A DNA stretch of 64,000 bases from an uncultured delta proteobacterium. Lineage in GTDB: Bacteria; Desulfobacterota; Binatia; UBA9968. How positions within the stretch are numbered: position 1 is the first letter of the stretch; every line of letters starts with the position of its first letter. A model generated the notes under the pieces. The model searched no databases, was not told the origin of the DNA, and was given only the letters and a program-made list of their open reading frames with translations. The position numbers and the translations under genes were made by a program. Below are positions 29,496-38,949 of the stretch, one piece after another. The stretch spans positions 608,001-672,000 of the forward strand of contig CAVUZH010000013.1 in assembly GCA_963745835.1 (NCBI GenBank). Reading direction: 5' to 3'.

Positions 29496-31244
29496 CTACG
29501 CCGACGACTCGACATGTTGCAGGCGCCGCGCATAGATCCAAAATGTCGTCACAAGGGGCGCCATCACCGCCATCATGATGATTGCGATGGCGGCGGCGTC
29601 GCCGAGGCCGCCGCCGTGCCACTGCCCCCATATATAGGTGGAAAGCACCTGGCTTTTCGGTGACGCCAGGAACACCGCCATGGTCAGTTCGCGATAAGCG
29701 GATAGCGACGTCCAGATCCAGGCGTAGACGATGCCGGGGCGAATCAACGGCACGATCACTTTGGCGAGAATGCGCAGAGTTGAAACTCCCCCGACCTGCG
29801 CCGCCTCCTCCAGCTCGCGGTGGAGTTGAATCATACTGTTGTTCAGCACCCGCGTGCCGAAACTCACCCAGCAAACTACATAGACAGCGACGATGACATA
29901 GATCGTGCCGTACACCGGCAGGACATTTGAAATCAATAAGGCGAAGTAAGCGATTGCCAGAGCGAAAAGCAAGTTCGGTACGGGGTGTGGCAGGAAGGCA
30001 ACGGCGTCCAATGCGACACGCCAGCGCAGCCGCGATCGTGTAACGATCCACGAGATCGCGGCGCAAATGATAACGATAAGAGTCGGCACCACTACCATGA
30101 GCAGCAGTGTATTCAAACCCGCCTGAATTAGCCCGCTGTCAAGAGCGAGCGCGCTGTAACGCTCAAAGGAGATCGAAGCGAGCGCTTGGCGCGATGGAAT
30201 TTGCACGTAAGGTAAGAGCGATACCCAGAAAATCGCGAGCAGCGGCAGAATGAAAGCAAGTGTGAAATACAATCCAAGCATTGCCCAGCCGAGCAACCAC
30301 CAGCGGCCCAATTGCACGGGCCGGCATTGGTACGATTTTCCCGAAATGATCTGATAACGATGGCTCTGCTTTAGGGCGATGAAATAAGGAATCATGAGAA
30401 TCAGCGAAAAGATGACCATCAACGTGCCGTATGCGCCGCTCAGGCCATAACGCGGCAGACCTTCGTTGGGATTGATCATGAAATAGACGGCAGTGCTGAA
30501 GGTAAAGATATTGTTGGCCATGCCGATGACGCCGGGCACGTCGAACGCAGCCATAGCCACTGTAAACATCCAGATGACGGCTGAAAACAACGCCGGCCAG
30601 ATCAGTGGCAGCTCAACCCAGAGAAGGGTTTTTAGCTTGCTGACCCCGTGCACGTTCGAGGCCTCGACCAGCGCTGGATTCATGCTACGCAGGGCCGCCG
30701 AGATCATTACGTAGGCGAGCGGCGTCAAAGTCAGGCCCTGGACGAATCCAATGCCGCCCAAGGTCGCGACGTTGAGGGGTGCGCTTTTGAGATCCAGGAG
30801 CTGCATCAAAAAAATGTTGATGACGCCGATGCGCGGATGACAGAGAAAGACCCAACCCATCGCCTTGAGAAAGGTTGGAAACAGAATTCCGATGCTCAAC
30901 AGGCTCATGGCCAGCGCTTTGTAGCGCAGATCCGTGCGCTCGATGAACCAGGCGAACAAAAAACCAAGCGGGATCGCAACGGCAATAGTGACGGCGGAAA
31001 AAATCAGCGTCGTCACCATCACGCGGTAGTTATAAGAATCCGCGATCAGTGAAGTGTAATTGCTGAGCGTATAGGGCGAGTACTGGCCGGGCACTCCGGT
31101 GCGAAAGCTCATCCAAACAATTGTGATGAGCAGTCCGAGGATTGCTACCGAGGCAAGGCCGGCCACCGCCAGAATGGACATTTGCGACCAGTTGACCTGC
31201 GATCGCCGCGGACGCAGAATTTGCGTGTTGTCGATGACGCTCAT
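29496..31244 (-). CDS. ABC transporter permease, FbpB/AfuB-type (duplicated TM domain)
   Basis: About 12 hydrophobic segments; two EAA loops (LVEASNVHG, LEEAAQVGG). Confidence 0.93.
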   Translation of the reverse strand: MSVIDNTQILRPRRSQVNWSQMSILAVAGLASVAILGLLITIVWMSFRTGVPGQYSPYTLSNYTSLIADSYNYRVMVTTLIFSAVTIAVAIPLGFLFAWFIERTDLRYKALAMSLLSIGILFPTFLKAMGWVFLCHPRIGVINIFLMQLLDLKSAPLNVATLGGIGFVQGLTLTPLAYVMISAALRSMNPALVEASNVHGVSKLKTLLWVELPLIWPALFSAVIWMFTVAMAAFDVPGVIGMANNIFTFSTAVYFMINPNEGLPRYGLSGAYGTLMVIFSLILMIPYFIALKQSHRYQIISGKSYQCRPVQLGRWWLLGWAMLGLYFTLAFILPLLAIFWVSLLPYVQIPSRQALASISFERYSALALDSGLIQAGLNTLLLMVVVPTLIVIICAAISWIVTRSRLRWRVALDAVAFLPHPVPNLLFALAIAYFALLISNVLPVYGTIYVIVAVYVVCWVSFGTRVLNNSMIQLHRELEEAAQVGGVSTLRILAKVIVPLIRPGIVYAWIWTSLSAYRELTMAVFLASPKSQVLSTYIWGQWHGGGLGDAAAIAIIMMAVMAPLVTTFWIYARRLQHVESSA

Positions 31245-31279
31245 ACAAGAGGGGCATTAGCCAATAGGCGATGGCTTTT

Positions 31280-32338
31280 TTACTTTAGCAGTATCTTGGT
31301 CAGCTCATCCTCGAACGGTGTATCGTCTTTCATGAACACTTCATTCAGCTCCCGTGGATCTTGGAGTTTGATCTTGTTGCCGCGGACGTACTTTGCCATC
31401 AGGGTGCCGTCCACCAGATAGGACGAGCGCCAGTCATGTTTCTCGATCACCGCTTGCGCCTCGCGGGTGCTCATAAATGCGACGAGCAGTTTGGCGGAAT
31501 CCGGATGGACGGAGTTCCGGGGCACTGCAAGTTGATAGTAAGACGAAGTCGGCGGTGTCGAGCCCGGCAGGCCGACCAGCGGCGCTCCTTTGGCTTGCCA
31601 CTTCCACATCGCTTCCAAGGCGCCACCGGTGCTGGCCATGATCGGAAACTCGCCGCTGACGATGCGCTCCTCTTCGCCCTGGCGCAGCCGCCCTCCCGCA
31701 AGCGTCGCCAGCTTGCGCGCGTAGGCTAGCACTTTTTCCTTTCCCCATATCGAAGACAAACGAACCAACCAGTGGATGTACGAAGGAATGGCAATTTTGC
31801 CGGCCCAGGTCGGGCTGAGCGCCGGATCAATCAGATCTTCGTAGCCCTTGGGAGCTTTATCTTTTGGGATTGCGTTGGAGTTGTAAATGATGCCGTGAAA
31901 CGAAGCATAGACCAGCAGCGTCTCGTTGGGAAGGATCTCCATCTCTTTGGTCACCCATGGGAAAGTCTCCGACCAGTTGACCTTCTGCAAAGCCTTCTCG
32001 CGAGACATATCGCTCATGGTGCCGTCGGATCCGAGATACAAGTCAGTAGAAGATTTCGCGCCGGACTTGAGCTCGGTCAGGACCCGCGCCGCCACTTGCG
32101 GGAAACTGGGCCCGGGAGCCAGGTTGACTTTGTGCTTAAGTCCGAACCGCTTATTGAAACCCGCTTCCAATTCGGTAAATCCTTTTTTGCCACCGAAGGT
32201 CGAAGCGCTCGCCACAAGCGTCACCTCGCCTTCCTTTTTGGCGCCGGCGATCAGTTGTTCGAGCGTCTGCGCTTCTAGCGGGTATGCTCCCAAAACGAAT
32301 GGTAAAAACGCGGCCAACACTGCAATGGTTCTAAGCAT
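31280..32338 (-). CDS. Extracellular solute-binding protein, AfuA/FbpA-like
   Basis: Signal peptide, LIAGAKKEGEV, IIYN..IP..APK.YEDL.DP, HPDSAKLLVAFM. Confidence 0.9.
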   Translation of the reverse strand: MLRTIAVLAAFLPFVLGAYPLEAQTLEQLIAGAKKEGEVTLVASASTFGGKKGFTELEAGFNKRFGLKHKVNLAPGPSFPQVAARVLTELKSGAKSSTDLYLGSDGTMSDMSREKALQKVNWSETFPWVTKEMEILPNETLLVYASFHGIIYNSNAIPKDKAPKGYEDLIDPALSPTWAGKIAIPSYIHWLVRLSSIWGKEKVLAYARKLATLAGGRLRQGEEERIVSGEFPIMASTGGALEAMWKWQAKGAPLVGLPGSTPPTSSYYQLAVPRNSVHPDSAKLLVAFMSTREAQAVIEKHDWRSSYLVDGTLMAKYVRGNKIKLQDPRELNEVFMKDDTPFEDELTKILLK

Positions 32339-32381
32339 TAGTTTTTCTCCTGCAAACGTCGCACAAACAGGACCGCCTGTG

Positions 32382-32466
32382 CGTTTTTCCCGTGGCAGCG
32401 GGAATCCAGGTTTTGCATCTTCTCAATCAGAAGCGAAACTGGATGTCCGCATTCGCGGACACGACG
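32382..32466. repeat. REP/RPE-like palindromic repeat, family B
   Basis: ttcccgtggcagcgggaatccag...ctggatgtccgcattcgcggacacgac; a related copy ctggattcccgcgttcgcgcgaatgac lies at 33843-33869. Confidence 0.7.
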
Positions 32467-32514
32467 GAGTAAACGCAGAAGTGCTAAAGTTCCCAATCGC
32501 AAATTGAACTTCTC

Positions 32515-33642
32515 TTACGTCAGAGCTTCAACCGCATCCCGACTCGAATCGAAAATTATCGGATCGTGCGCGCTTCGAAATACGCCGGCGGGATCTTTGC
32601 CCTGTTTCACCGCATCAATGGCTTCACGGATCATCTTACGTAGCATGAGGATCCCCTGATCGGAAGTCGCCAGATGCTCCTTGGTGCGGTCAGCGACCGC
32701 GCCCTGCGTTTCTTGCGCCACCCGGTCTTGTTCGCGATTGGGCAAATTCCACCAGCCATCCTCGACCCGCTGGTAAACTCCGGGTTGATCTTTTTTAAAG
32801 CCTCTCGTTTTTAGCGGCTCAGGCCGCATTGGTTGGCCGTCCTTATGCGGATAAAAATCAATCCAAAAAGTAACAGTAGTGGTATCGTCGGCAGGGACGC
32901 GGAAGCGAATAACCTGACGCGGCTGCTCACCAATGCGCGCCGCCGAGTGACGTACATGAGACGGAAATACAAAATGAGAAATCCGCGGCTTCGTCACCCC
33001 TTCAACCCAGGTGGTTTCCTTGATGCCGAGCGCGGTGGGTTCCCATTTCATCGTCGGCCGCTTCATTGCCATATTGGGATAGCCGGCTGCATGCAACGCG
33101 ATGGAATGCGCGCCGTCGGAGGAATTCTCCGCGCGCTGCAGCCAGTTGCAAAACTCCTCGCCGCCGCCGACCACGCGGCAGCCATCTTCGCGCACCAGCA
33201 AATCGTAATTGGGCAGCAATGGCGCAGGCTCCGGGCCGACATAGGCGAAGACGAGACCACCGGCGTCCTGAGCATGAAACGCCGGATGCTGAATGCGGTC
33301 CTTGAACGTGCTCCCTTCCGGCTCGGCCGGCTGCTCCAGGCACTTTCCGGCGCGATCATACAGCCAGCCATGGTAGCAGCAGCGGATTCCATTCTTTTCG
33401 ACCCTGCCGAACTCAAGCGAAGTACCGCGATGCGAACAATGAAGCTCGAGCAGGCCTAGCTTACCGCTGCCGTCGCGAAACAAGACAAACTCTTGGCCCA
33501 ACAATTTCACTTTGGTAGGCCGTGCTTCCGGTTGCACGACTTCCGTGAACGCGACCGGCCACCAGTAACGCCTCAACATCTCGCCGGCCGGCGTGCCGGG
33601 CCCAACGCGGGTCATGAGTTCATTTTCTTCTTTGGTCAGCAC
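32515..33642 (-). CDS. Rieske oxygenase alpha subunit (third in operon)
   Basis: CSHRG...CCYHGW; ENSSDGAHSIALH; EQDRVAQETQG; EHLATSD. Confidence 0.93.
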   Translation of the reverse strand: MLTKEENELMTRVGPGTPAGEMLRRYWWPVAFTEVVQPEARPTKVKLLGQEFVLFRDGSGKLGLLELHCSHRGTSLEFGRVEKNGIRCCYHGWLYDRAGKCLEQPAEPEGSTFKDRIQHPAFHAQDAGGLVFAYVGPEPAPLLPNYDLLVREDGCRVVGGGEEFCNWLQRAENSSDGAHSIALHAAGYPNMAMKRPTMKWEPTALGIKETTWVEGVTKPRISHFVFPSHVRHSAARIGEQPRQVIRFRVPADDTTTVTFWIDFYPHKDGQPMRPEPLKTRGFKKDQPGVYQRVEDGWWNLPNREQDRVAQETQGAVADRTKEHLATSDQGILMLRKMIREAIDAVKQGKDPAGVFRSAHDPIIFDSSRDAVEALT

Positions 33643-33704
33643 TTAATTAACCCTCCGGAGTTCTAGTCTTTGGTTTCGAGTTTTGATGATCAGTTTAACC
33701 CCCA

Positions 33705-33930
33705 TAGGCTGCTCAAAAAATGTTGAGGCGCGCCGCGCGAACATCGATAAATCGAGGCGTACTCATTTACGTTGATCCGAAATCGATAGCAACACCGCAA
33801 ACCGTCATCTTCGAGACGGGTATCAAGATTCGTCCCGGAAACCTGGATTCCCGCGTTCGCGCGAATGACGCCTCTCTCCCGACGCCAAACGTTTTGAACT
33901 GCTTGAACATTTTGAGCGTTTTGAACCCGT
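33705..33930. repeat. Stacked repeats: degenerate family A, family B and a 9-nt-period ttgaac array
   Basis: aggctgctcaaaaaa..gaggcgtac..tacgttga (A); gtcat...ctggattcccgcgttcgcgcgaatgac (B); gttttgaac tgcttgaac attttgagc gttttgaac. Confidence 0.65.
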
Positions 33931-33935
33931 TGGTA

Positions 33936-35069
33936 TCAAGCCAGCGGCCCGATCTCCTGCATGCTCGCGTCGAAGCCGATGTTTCGATTCTCGGCCGTAT
34001 CTCTCAGAATCCATATCGGGTCTTTGCCGTTAGCCGCAGCATCGATGGATTCTTTGATCATCGCGCGCAGTAGAATGACACCTTCATCCGCTGCGCCCAA
34101 ATGCTCTTTGGTCCGGTCATAGATGGATCCCTGGCTCTCCTGCGCCACCCGATCTTGATCGTTCGAAGCGATGCCCCACCAGCCGTCATCGACCCGCTTG
34201 TAAATGCCCGGCTGGTCGTCTTCAAAACCTACGGTTTTGAGAGTCAGCGGCCTGCCTTTATCGCTCTCAGTGTATGGATAAAAGCGCAACCAGAAAGTTT
34301 TTGTATTGGTGTCGTCCACCGGGACGCGAAAGCGGAGCGCATGATCCGGAATCCGCCCGATCCGCGCGGTGGTATGCCGCGTATGCGAAGGAAAAATCCA
34401 ATGGGAAAATTTCGGCTTGGTCACACCGGTAACGTGCATGGAAATTTTGGCGCCGTAAGGTTTGCGCTCCCAACCGATGATCGGCCGCTTCAAGGCCATA
34501 TGCGGATACTCGGGCGCATGGAGCGCAACCAGATGACTTTGGTCCACAGAGTTTTCGGCGCGCTGGAGCCAATTGCAATAATCATGGCCGGCGCCAACGT
34601 GGCGCTCGCCATCTTCGCGCAGAAAGAGATCGTAGTTGGGCAATAACGGGACCGGCTCGGGACCTATGTAGGCAAATATAAATCCGCCAATCTCCTGAGC
34701 CCGGTAAGCTGGATGCTGCACGCGGTTTCTGAAGCTGCTCTCAGCCGGTTCGGCGGGCTGTTCCAGGCATTTTCCAGCGGTGTCATAGAGCCAGCCGTGA
34801 TAGCAGCAGCGAATTCCGAGGTCCTCGACGCGGCCGAACTCCAAAGAGGTGCCGCGGTGGGAGCAGTGGAGCGCCAGTAACCCGAGATTTCCAGCGCCGT
34901 CGCGGAAGAGCACCAAGTCCTCACCAAGCAGGCGCACTTTCGTCGGTTGGCCTTTTCTAGTGACCAACTCTGAAAACCCTACAGGCCACCAGTAGCAGCG
35001 CAGCATCTCGCCGCCCGGCGTGCCCCGCCCCACGCGTGTCAAAATCTCATTTTCTTCCTTGGACAACAT
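33936..35069 (-). CDS. Rieske oxygenase alpha subunit (second in operon)
   Basis: CSHRG...CCYHGW; ENSVDQSHLVALH; DQDRVAQESQG. Confidence 0.93.
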   Translation of the reverse strand: MLSKEENEILTRVGRGTPGGEMLRCYWWPVGFSELVTRKGQPTKVRLLGEDLVLFRDGAGNLGLLALHCSHRGTSLEFGRVEDLGIRCCYHGWLYDTAGKCLEQPAEPAESSFRNRVQHPAYRAQEIGGFIFAYIGPEPVPLLPNYDLFLREDGERHVGAGHDYCNWLQRAENSVDQSHLVALHAPEYPHMALKRPIIGWERKPYGAKISMHVTGVTKPKFSHWIFPSHTRHTTARIGRIPDHALRFRVPVDDTNTKTFWLRFYPYTESDKGRPLTLKTVGFEDDQPGIYKRVDDGWWGIASNDQDRVAQESQGSIYDRTKEHLGAADEGVILLRAMIKESIDAAANGKDPIWILRDTAENRNIGFDASMQEIGPLA

Positions 35070-35127
35070 TTGGCCCCTCAGAATTTCTGGTATCTAGTCT
35101 CAAGTTGCTGGTTGAAGTCACAGGCTG

Positions 35128-36355
35128 CTATTGTTTTAAGATTTTTGCCAACTCAGCCTTGAACTGTAACCCGTCGTCCGTTTCACCCTTGAGGTAGTAA
35201 GCAATCGATTCCTTTGGCTCTTGCACCTGGATGCGATTCTCCTTTAGATATTTCTGCATCATGGTTCCCTCCACGAGGTGTGAGCTGCGCGACTCGTGTT
35301 TCTGGATGATCGCTTGCGCCTCTTTGGTCGCCATGAACGCGACGAAAAGCTTGGCTAAATTTGGGTGGGCGACATTCTTCGGCACGCTAAGCTGAAAATA
35401 ATCGGTATTGATCGGCGACGTCCCGGGAACCGCGATGATCGGCGCGCCTTTAGCTTGCCAGGTCCACATGGCGCCCAGCGCATCGCCGAGATTCGCCATG
35501 ACGGGAAACTCGCCGCTGACGATCCGCTCCTCTTCGCTGTAGCGCAGCCGACCGCCGCTGATCGCCACGAGTTTGCGCGCGAAGTCCTTAACTTTTTCCT
35601 GGCCCCAGTTGAGCGATAGTTCGGCCAACCATGCAACGTACGGGGGGATCGCCAGCTTCCCCGCCCACGAGGGACTCAACCGCGGATCCACGAGGTCGAT
35701 ATAGTTCTTCGGCGCCTTGTCTTTGGGAATCAAGTTCGCGTTGTAAACGATGCCATTAGGCGAGGTGTAAACCAGCACCGCTTCGTTGGGATAGATTTCC
35801 ATTTCTTTGGTCACCCAGGGAAAGAGCCCCGCATAATTCACTTTCTCGAGAGTGTTTTCCACGTGCATCAGTGCCTGATGCGACTGCGAGCCAAGAAAAA
35901 TATCCGACGACGCTTTGCGTCCCGACTTGATCTCGGTGATGTGGCGCGCCGCCCGCGCGTTCATGTCGGGGCCGGCCGCAAAGTTGATGCGTGTTTTCAA
36001 GCCCGAATCGCATGTTGAATGCGGCCTCGAGATCGCTCAGACCTTTTCTCCCGCCGAAAGTCTGGGCGCCGGCAACGAAGGTTATTTCATCTTCTTTCTT
36101 AGCCGCGGCGATCAATGAGTCCAAGGACTCAGCAGTAAAGCAGGGCGCAGCGGTGAAGAGGAACAGGATTGAGAGCGAAAGACATTCGAGATAGCGGCGC
36201 CGGCTATATATTCGAAATCCGAAATCCGAAGTTCGAAACAAACTCGAACGATGAAAATCAGGAAAGTTCCAAGGGAGCCGGCTTCGAATTTTGTAATTTA
36301 TCCGCTTCAGCTTTGTTTCGGATTTCGAAATTCGGATTTCGGATTTATTCCGCAT
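35128..36355 (-). CDS. AfuA-like solute-binding protein, frameshift near 36002, with a palindromic repeat in its 5' coding region
   Basis: ORFs 35756-36355 (signal, LIAAAKKE) and 35128-36000 join if one G is removed in ttcgggcttg. Full-length paralogue of 31280-32338. ATG 36355 has SD GAGGTGAGG and overlaps the upstream stop. Confidence 0.82.
36210..36346. repeat. Heptamer-based palindromic element (cgaaatc)n...(gatttcg)n
   Basis: ttcgaaatccgaaatccgaagttcgaaacaaa ... tttgtttcggatttcgaaattcggatttcggattt; the arms are complementary. Confidence 0.85.
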
Positions 36356-37520
36356 GCCTCACCTCGTTCGGGTCGAGTTTGAACTCTGCTGGACTCCAAC
36401 GGAGGATTTCGTTTTTGGCCGGATCGCGAATAATTCCAACCGGGTCTTCGCCGCGTTGCACCGCTTCGATGGACTGCTTGAACATTTTACGCAGCAAGAT
36501 AACGCCTTCATCCGATACACCGAGATGCTCCTGGGTACGATCAAAGATCGCGCCCTGGCTCTCCTGGGCGCAGCGGTCCTGGTCGCCGCGCGCGATCCAG
36601 CCTGTCTCCTCGTCCCAGCGGTACTTGCCATGGACGCTGTCGATAAGCCCCTTGTCCGACTGATCAGACGGTATCTTCGCCGCCGTGCCATCAATGATTG
36701 GCGAGAAGTAAAGCGTGAAATGCATGGTGTTGGTGTCGTCGATGGGCACGCGCCAGCGCAGCGCTTCATAACCTTCATGCGTCGCGGCAAAAGCGGCCGG
36801 ATGATCCTCCGGCAGATGGTAACCGACCTTGTTCATATTCGGCATCAAGAACAAACTTATCGTGCGGAAATACTCATCGCCGACGCGGCGGGTGAAGGTA
36901 TCGCGGATGCCGAACTCGGTGGGATCCGAAGTCAATTTTTCATCTTTCCAGAAGCGGGTTTTAGGCGTGCGGTGCAGCCATTTGAAGTGATGCTGATCCA
37001 CGCTGTTCTCGACCATCTGCAAGAAATTGCAATGGACGATTCTAGCGCTGAGCGAGCGAACACCATCATCGCGTACAAGAACATCGTAGCGCGGCAACAG
37101 CGCCGCCGGATCGGGTCCGAGATAGGCGAAAACGATCCCCGCAAGCTCCTGCACCTTGTAGGCTGGGTGATGAATGCGCTGGTAAAACGTGCTGTCCTCG
37201 GGCTCGCCGGGTGTTTCTAGGATTTTCCCGGAAACGTCATAAAGCCAACCGTGATAACAACAGCGCAGGCCGCCGTCTTCCACATGGCCGAACTCCAGTG
37301 AGGTGCCACGATGCGTGCAGTACAATCCAAGCAGACCGGCGCGCCCTTTGTCGTCGCGGAATAGCACCAGGTCTTCCCCAAGCAGCCGCCTTTTCACCGG
37401 ACGATTTTTCAATTCATTAGTAAAACCGACCGGATGCCAGTAGCGCCGTAACATCTCACCACCGGGCGTGCCCTTGCCAACACGGGTTAACATTTCGTTC
37501 TCTTCACGACTCAAAGCCAT
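36345..37520 (-). CDS. Rieske oxygenase alpha subunit (first in operon)
   Basis: CTHRG...CCYHGW; ENSVDQHHFKWLH; DQDRCAQESQG. Confidence 0.93.
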   Translation of the reverse strand: MALSREENEMLTRVGKGTPGGEMLRRYWHPVGFTNELKNRPVKRRLLGEDLVLFRDDKGRAGLLGLYCTHRGTSLEFGHVEDGGLRCCYHGWLYDVSGKILETPGEPEDSTFYQRIHHPAYKVQELAGIVFAYLGPDPAALLPRYDVLVRDDGVRSLSARIVHCNFLQMVENSVDQHHFKWLHRTPKTRFWKDEKLTSDPTEFGIRDTFTRRVGDEYFRTISLFLMPNMNKVGYHLPEDHPAAFAATHEGYEALRWRVPIDDTNTMHFTLYFSPIIDGTAAKIPSDQSDKGLIDSVHGKYRWDEETGWIARGDQDRCAQESQGAIFDRTQEHLGVSDEGVILLRKMFKQSIEAVQRGEDPVGIIRDPAKNEILRWSPAEFKLDPNEVRHAE

Positions 37521-37611
37521 GACATTTTCCTCGCTTCACGGGCAAACTCTGTCACTGCGCCAGAAATAGCTGAGCACGTCCGGAGGTGTCAATAAGCACC
37601 CGCGGGAGGCA

Positions 37612-37830
37612 GGACCGGGCCAGGCATGAGTCTGGATTTTACGGCTTAAGAAGAGTTTCTTTTCTCTTTGCAGGTCCCGTTTCCTTTCATAATCTCGATA
37701 TAACCGGCTAATCATCGATGGATCGCGTCCCAGCCGCTTGCCTATCTCACCGGTGGTCATTTCGCTCCAGCTTCGCGGAGATATCGAGCAAACGAAACTA
37801 TCCAATGTGGCACGGCAAGACCTAGACCCC
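37612..37830 (-). mobile_element. Internally deleted Y1-transposase element (left end fused to C-terminal HTH relic and right end)
   Basis: Minus strand: ggggtctaggtcttgccgtgccacat, then TTGEIGKRLGRDPSMISRLY (HTH), ending aaaatccagactcatgcctggccc; ctctggacg duplicated just outside. Confidence 0.7.
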
Positions 37831-37869
37831 GCCCTCTGGACGCTCTGGACGATTGTCTCTTAATGGCCT

Positions 37870-37960
37870 AAACGGAGCGTGAAGGCGATTGAACCGCTTG
37901 AACAGTCGGAACGTGGCATGGTTACGTTGAACGTTTGAACTATTGAAACCTTGGAACCGC
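37870..37960. repeat. 9-nt-period ttgaac/ggaac short-repeat array (also at about 13658-13725 on the opposite strand)
   Basis: cgattgaac cgcttgaac agtcggaac ... acgttgaac gtttgaac tattgaaac cttggaac. Confidence 0.6.
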
Positions 37961-37993
37961 CGCATCGCGGCTCGTGCGGCATCGAATTGTGCT

Positions 37994-38875
37994 TCAGTCG
38001 CAGTTCTTAAGCTTAGACTCCTGACAGCGTCGTGCCATCTCCTGCGCGGTTTCGATCTGCTCGGCTGTCATTTTTGACGCAATTCTATCTCGATTCTCTG
38101 TTGCCGTATCTCGAGACTGGCCGGTCGATGCTGCGGCAGCGAGATTAAACCACATATGCGCACGCACGAAGTCCTGCCCCAGGCCTCTCCCCTTGGTATA
38201 CATCATACCCAGATTGACCTGCGCCGATTCGTTTCCTTGCGCTGCCGCGAGGCGATACCACTTGACGGCTTCGCGATAATCCTGCGGCACGCCCTGTCCC
38301 TTTTCATACGCCGCACCCAGACTGTACTCTGCCGGTGCATATCCCTGCACCGCCGCGAGGCGATACCACTTCACAGCCTCCTGATAATCCTGCGGCACGC
38401 CTTTCCCCTCGGCGTATATCGAACCCAGCCTCGTCTGCGCCCACTCGTCTTCCCGGGTCGCCGCGATGCGATACCATTTTATGGCTTCCTGATAATCCTG
38501 CGGCACGCCTTTCCCCTTCTCATACGCCAGACCCAGGCTGTACTGCGCCGGGACATTTCCCTGCGCCGCGGCGAGGCCATACCACTTTACAGCCTCCTGA
38601 TAATCCTGCGGCACGCCTTTCCCCTCGGCATACATCAAACCTACCCTTCTCTGCGCCCATTGGTGTCCGTTCTCGGCAAGCTGGCGAAAGAGTTTCATCG
38701 CCTGCACATAGTCGCCGCGCTCGTACACAGCGAGAGCGTCATCGAAAGTGGTTGCTGCGGCAAAACTAGCGCTACAGAGCAAACAAAGAGTGGCGAACAG
38801 CAGGCTCTTGAAAAAGACCCACCGCATCAGGTCGGATGAATTATGAAAGCTGAAAGCAGAAATTTCCGTTTTCAT
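37994..38875 (-). CDS. Secreted Sel1-repeat (SLR) protein
   Basis: Signal peptide, then five 36-aa repeats AQ..LG..Y..G.GVPQDY.EAVKWY..AA.QG and terminal AHMWFNLAAA..MTAEQIETAQ. Start uncertain (38875 or the MRWVFF ATG). Confidence 0.93.
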   Translation of the reverse strand: MKTEISAFSFHNSSDLMRWVFFKSLLFATLCLLCSASFAAATTFDDALAVYERGDYVQAMKLFRQLAENGHQWAQRRVGLMYAEGKGVPQDYQEAVKWYGLAAAQGNVPAQYSLGLAYEKGKGVPQDYQEAIKWYRIAATREDEWAQTRLGSIYAEGKGVPQDYQEAVKWYRLAAVQGYAPAEYSLGAAYEKGQGVPQDYREAVKWYRLAAAQGNESAQVNLGMMYTKGRGLGQDFVRAHMWFNLAAAASTGQSRDTATENRDRIASKMTAEQIETAQEMARRCQESKLKNCD

Positions 38876-38912
38876 CCTTCCGCTTTCATCCTGTCTTTTT
38901 GCGACTCGCATC
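38813..38912. repeat. About 100-bp segment duplicated at 48517-48618, containing a heptamer palindrome
   Basis: ccgcatcag..cggat.aattatgaaagctgaaagcagaaatttccgttttca.ccttccgctttcatcct..gtcttt..gcg.ctcgcatc in both; (nnntgaa)n...(ttcannn)n arms. Confidence 0.85.
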
Positions 38913-38949
38913 TGAAGCTTTTTGACCAGCCTGGAATCAGTTGCACCGA

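Noticed and set aside
38150-38700. 108-bp periodic DNA repeats as a CRISPR array or DGR
   Set aside because: They are in-frame coding Sel1 repeats (36 aa); no reverse transcriptase in the window.
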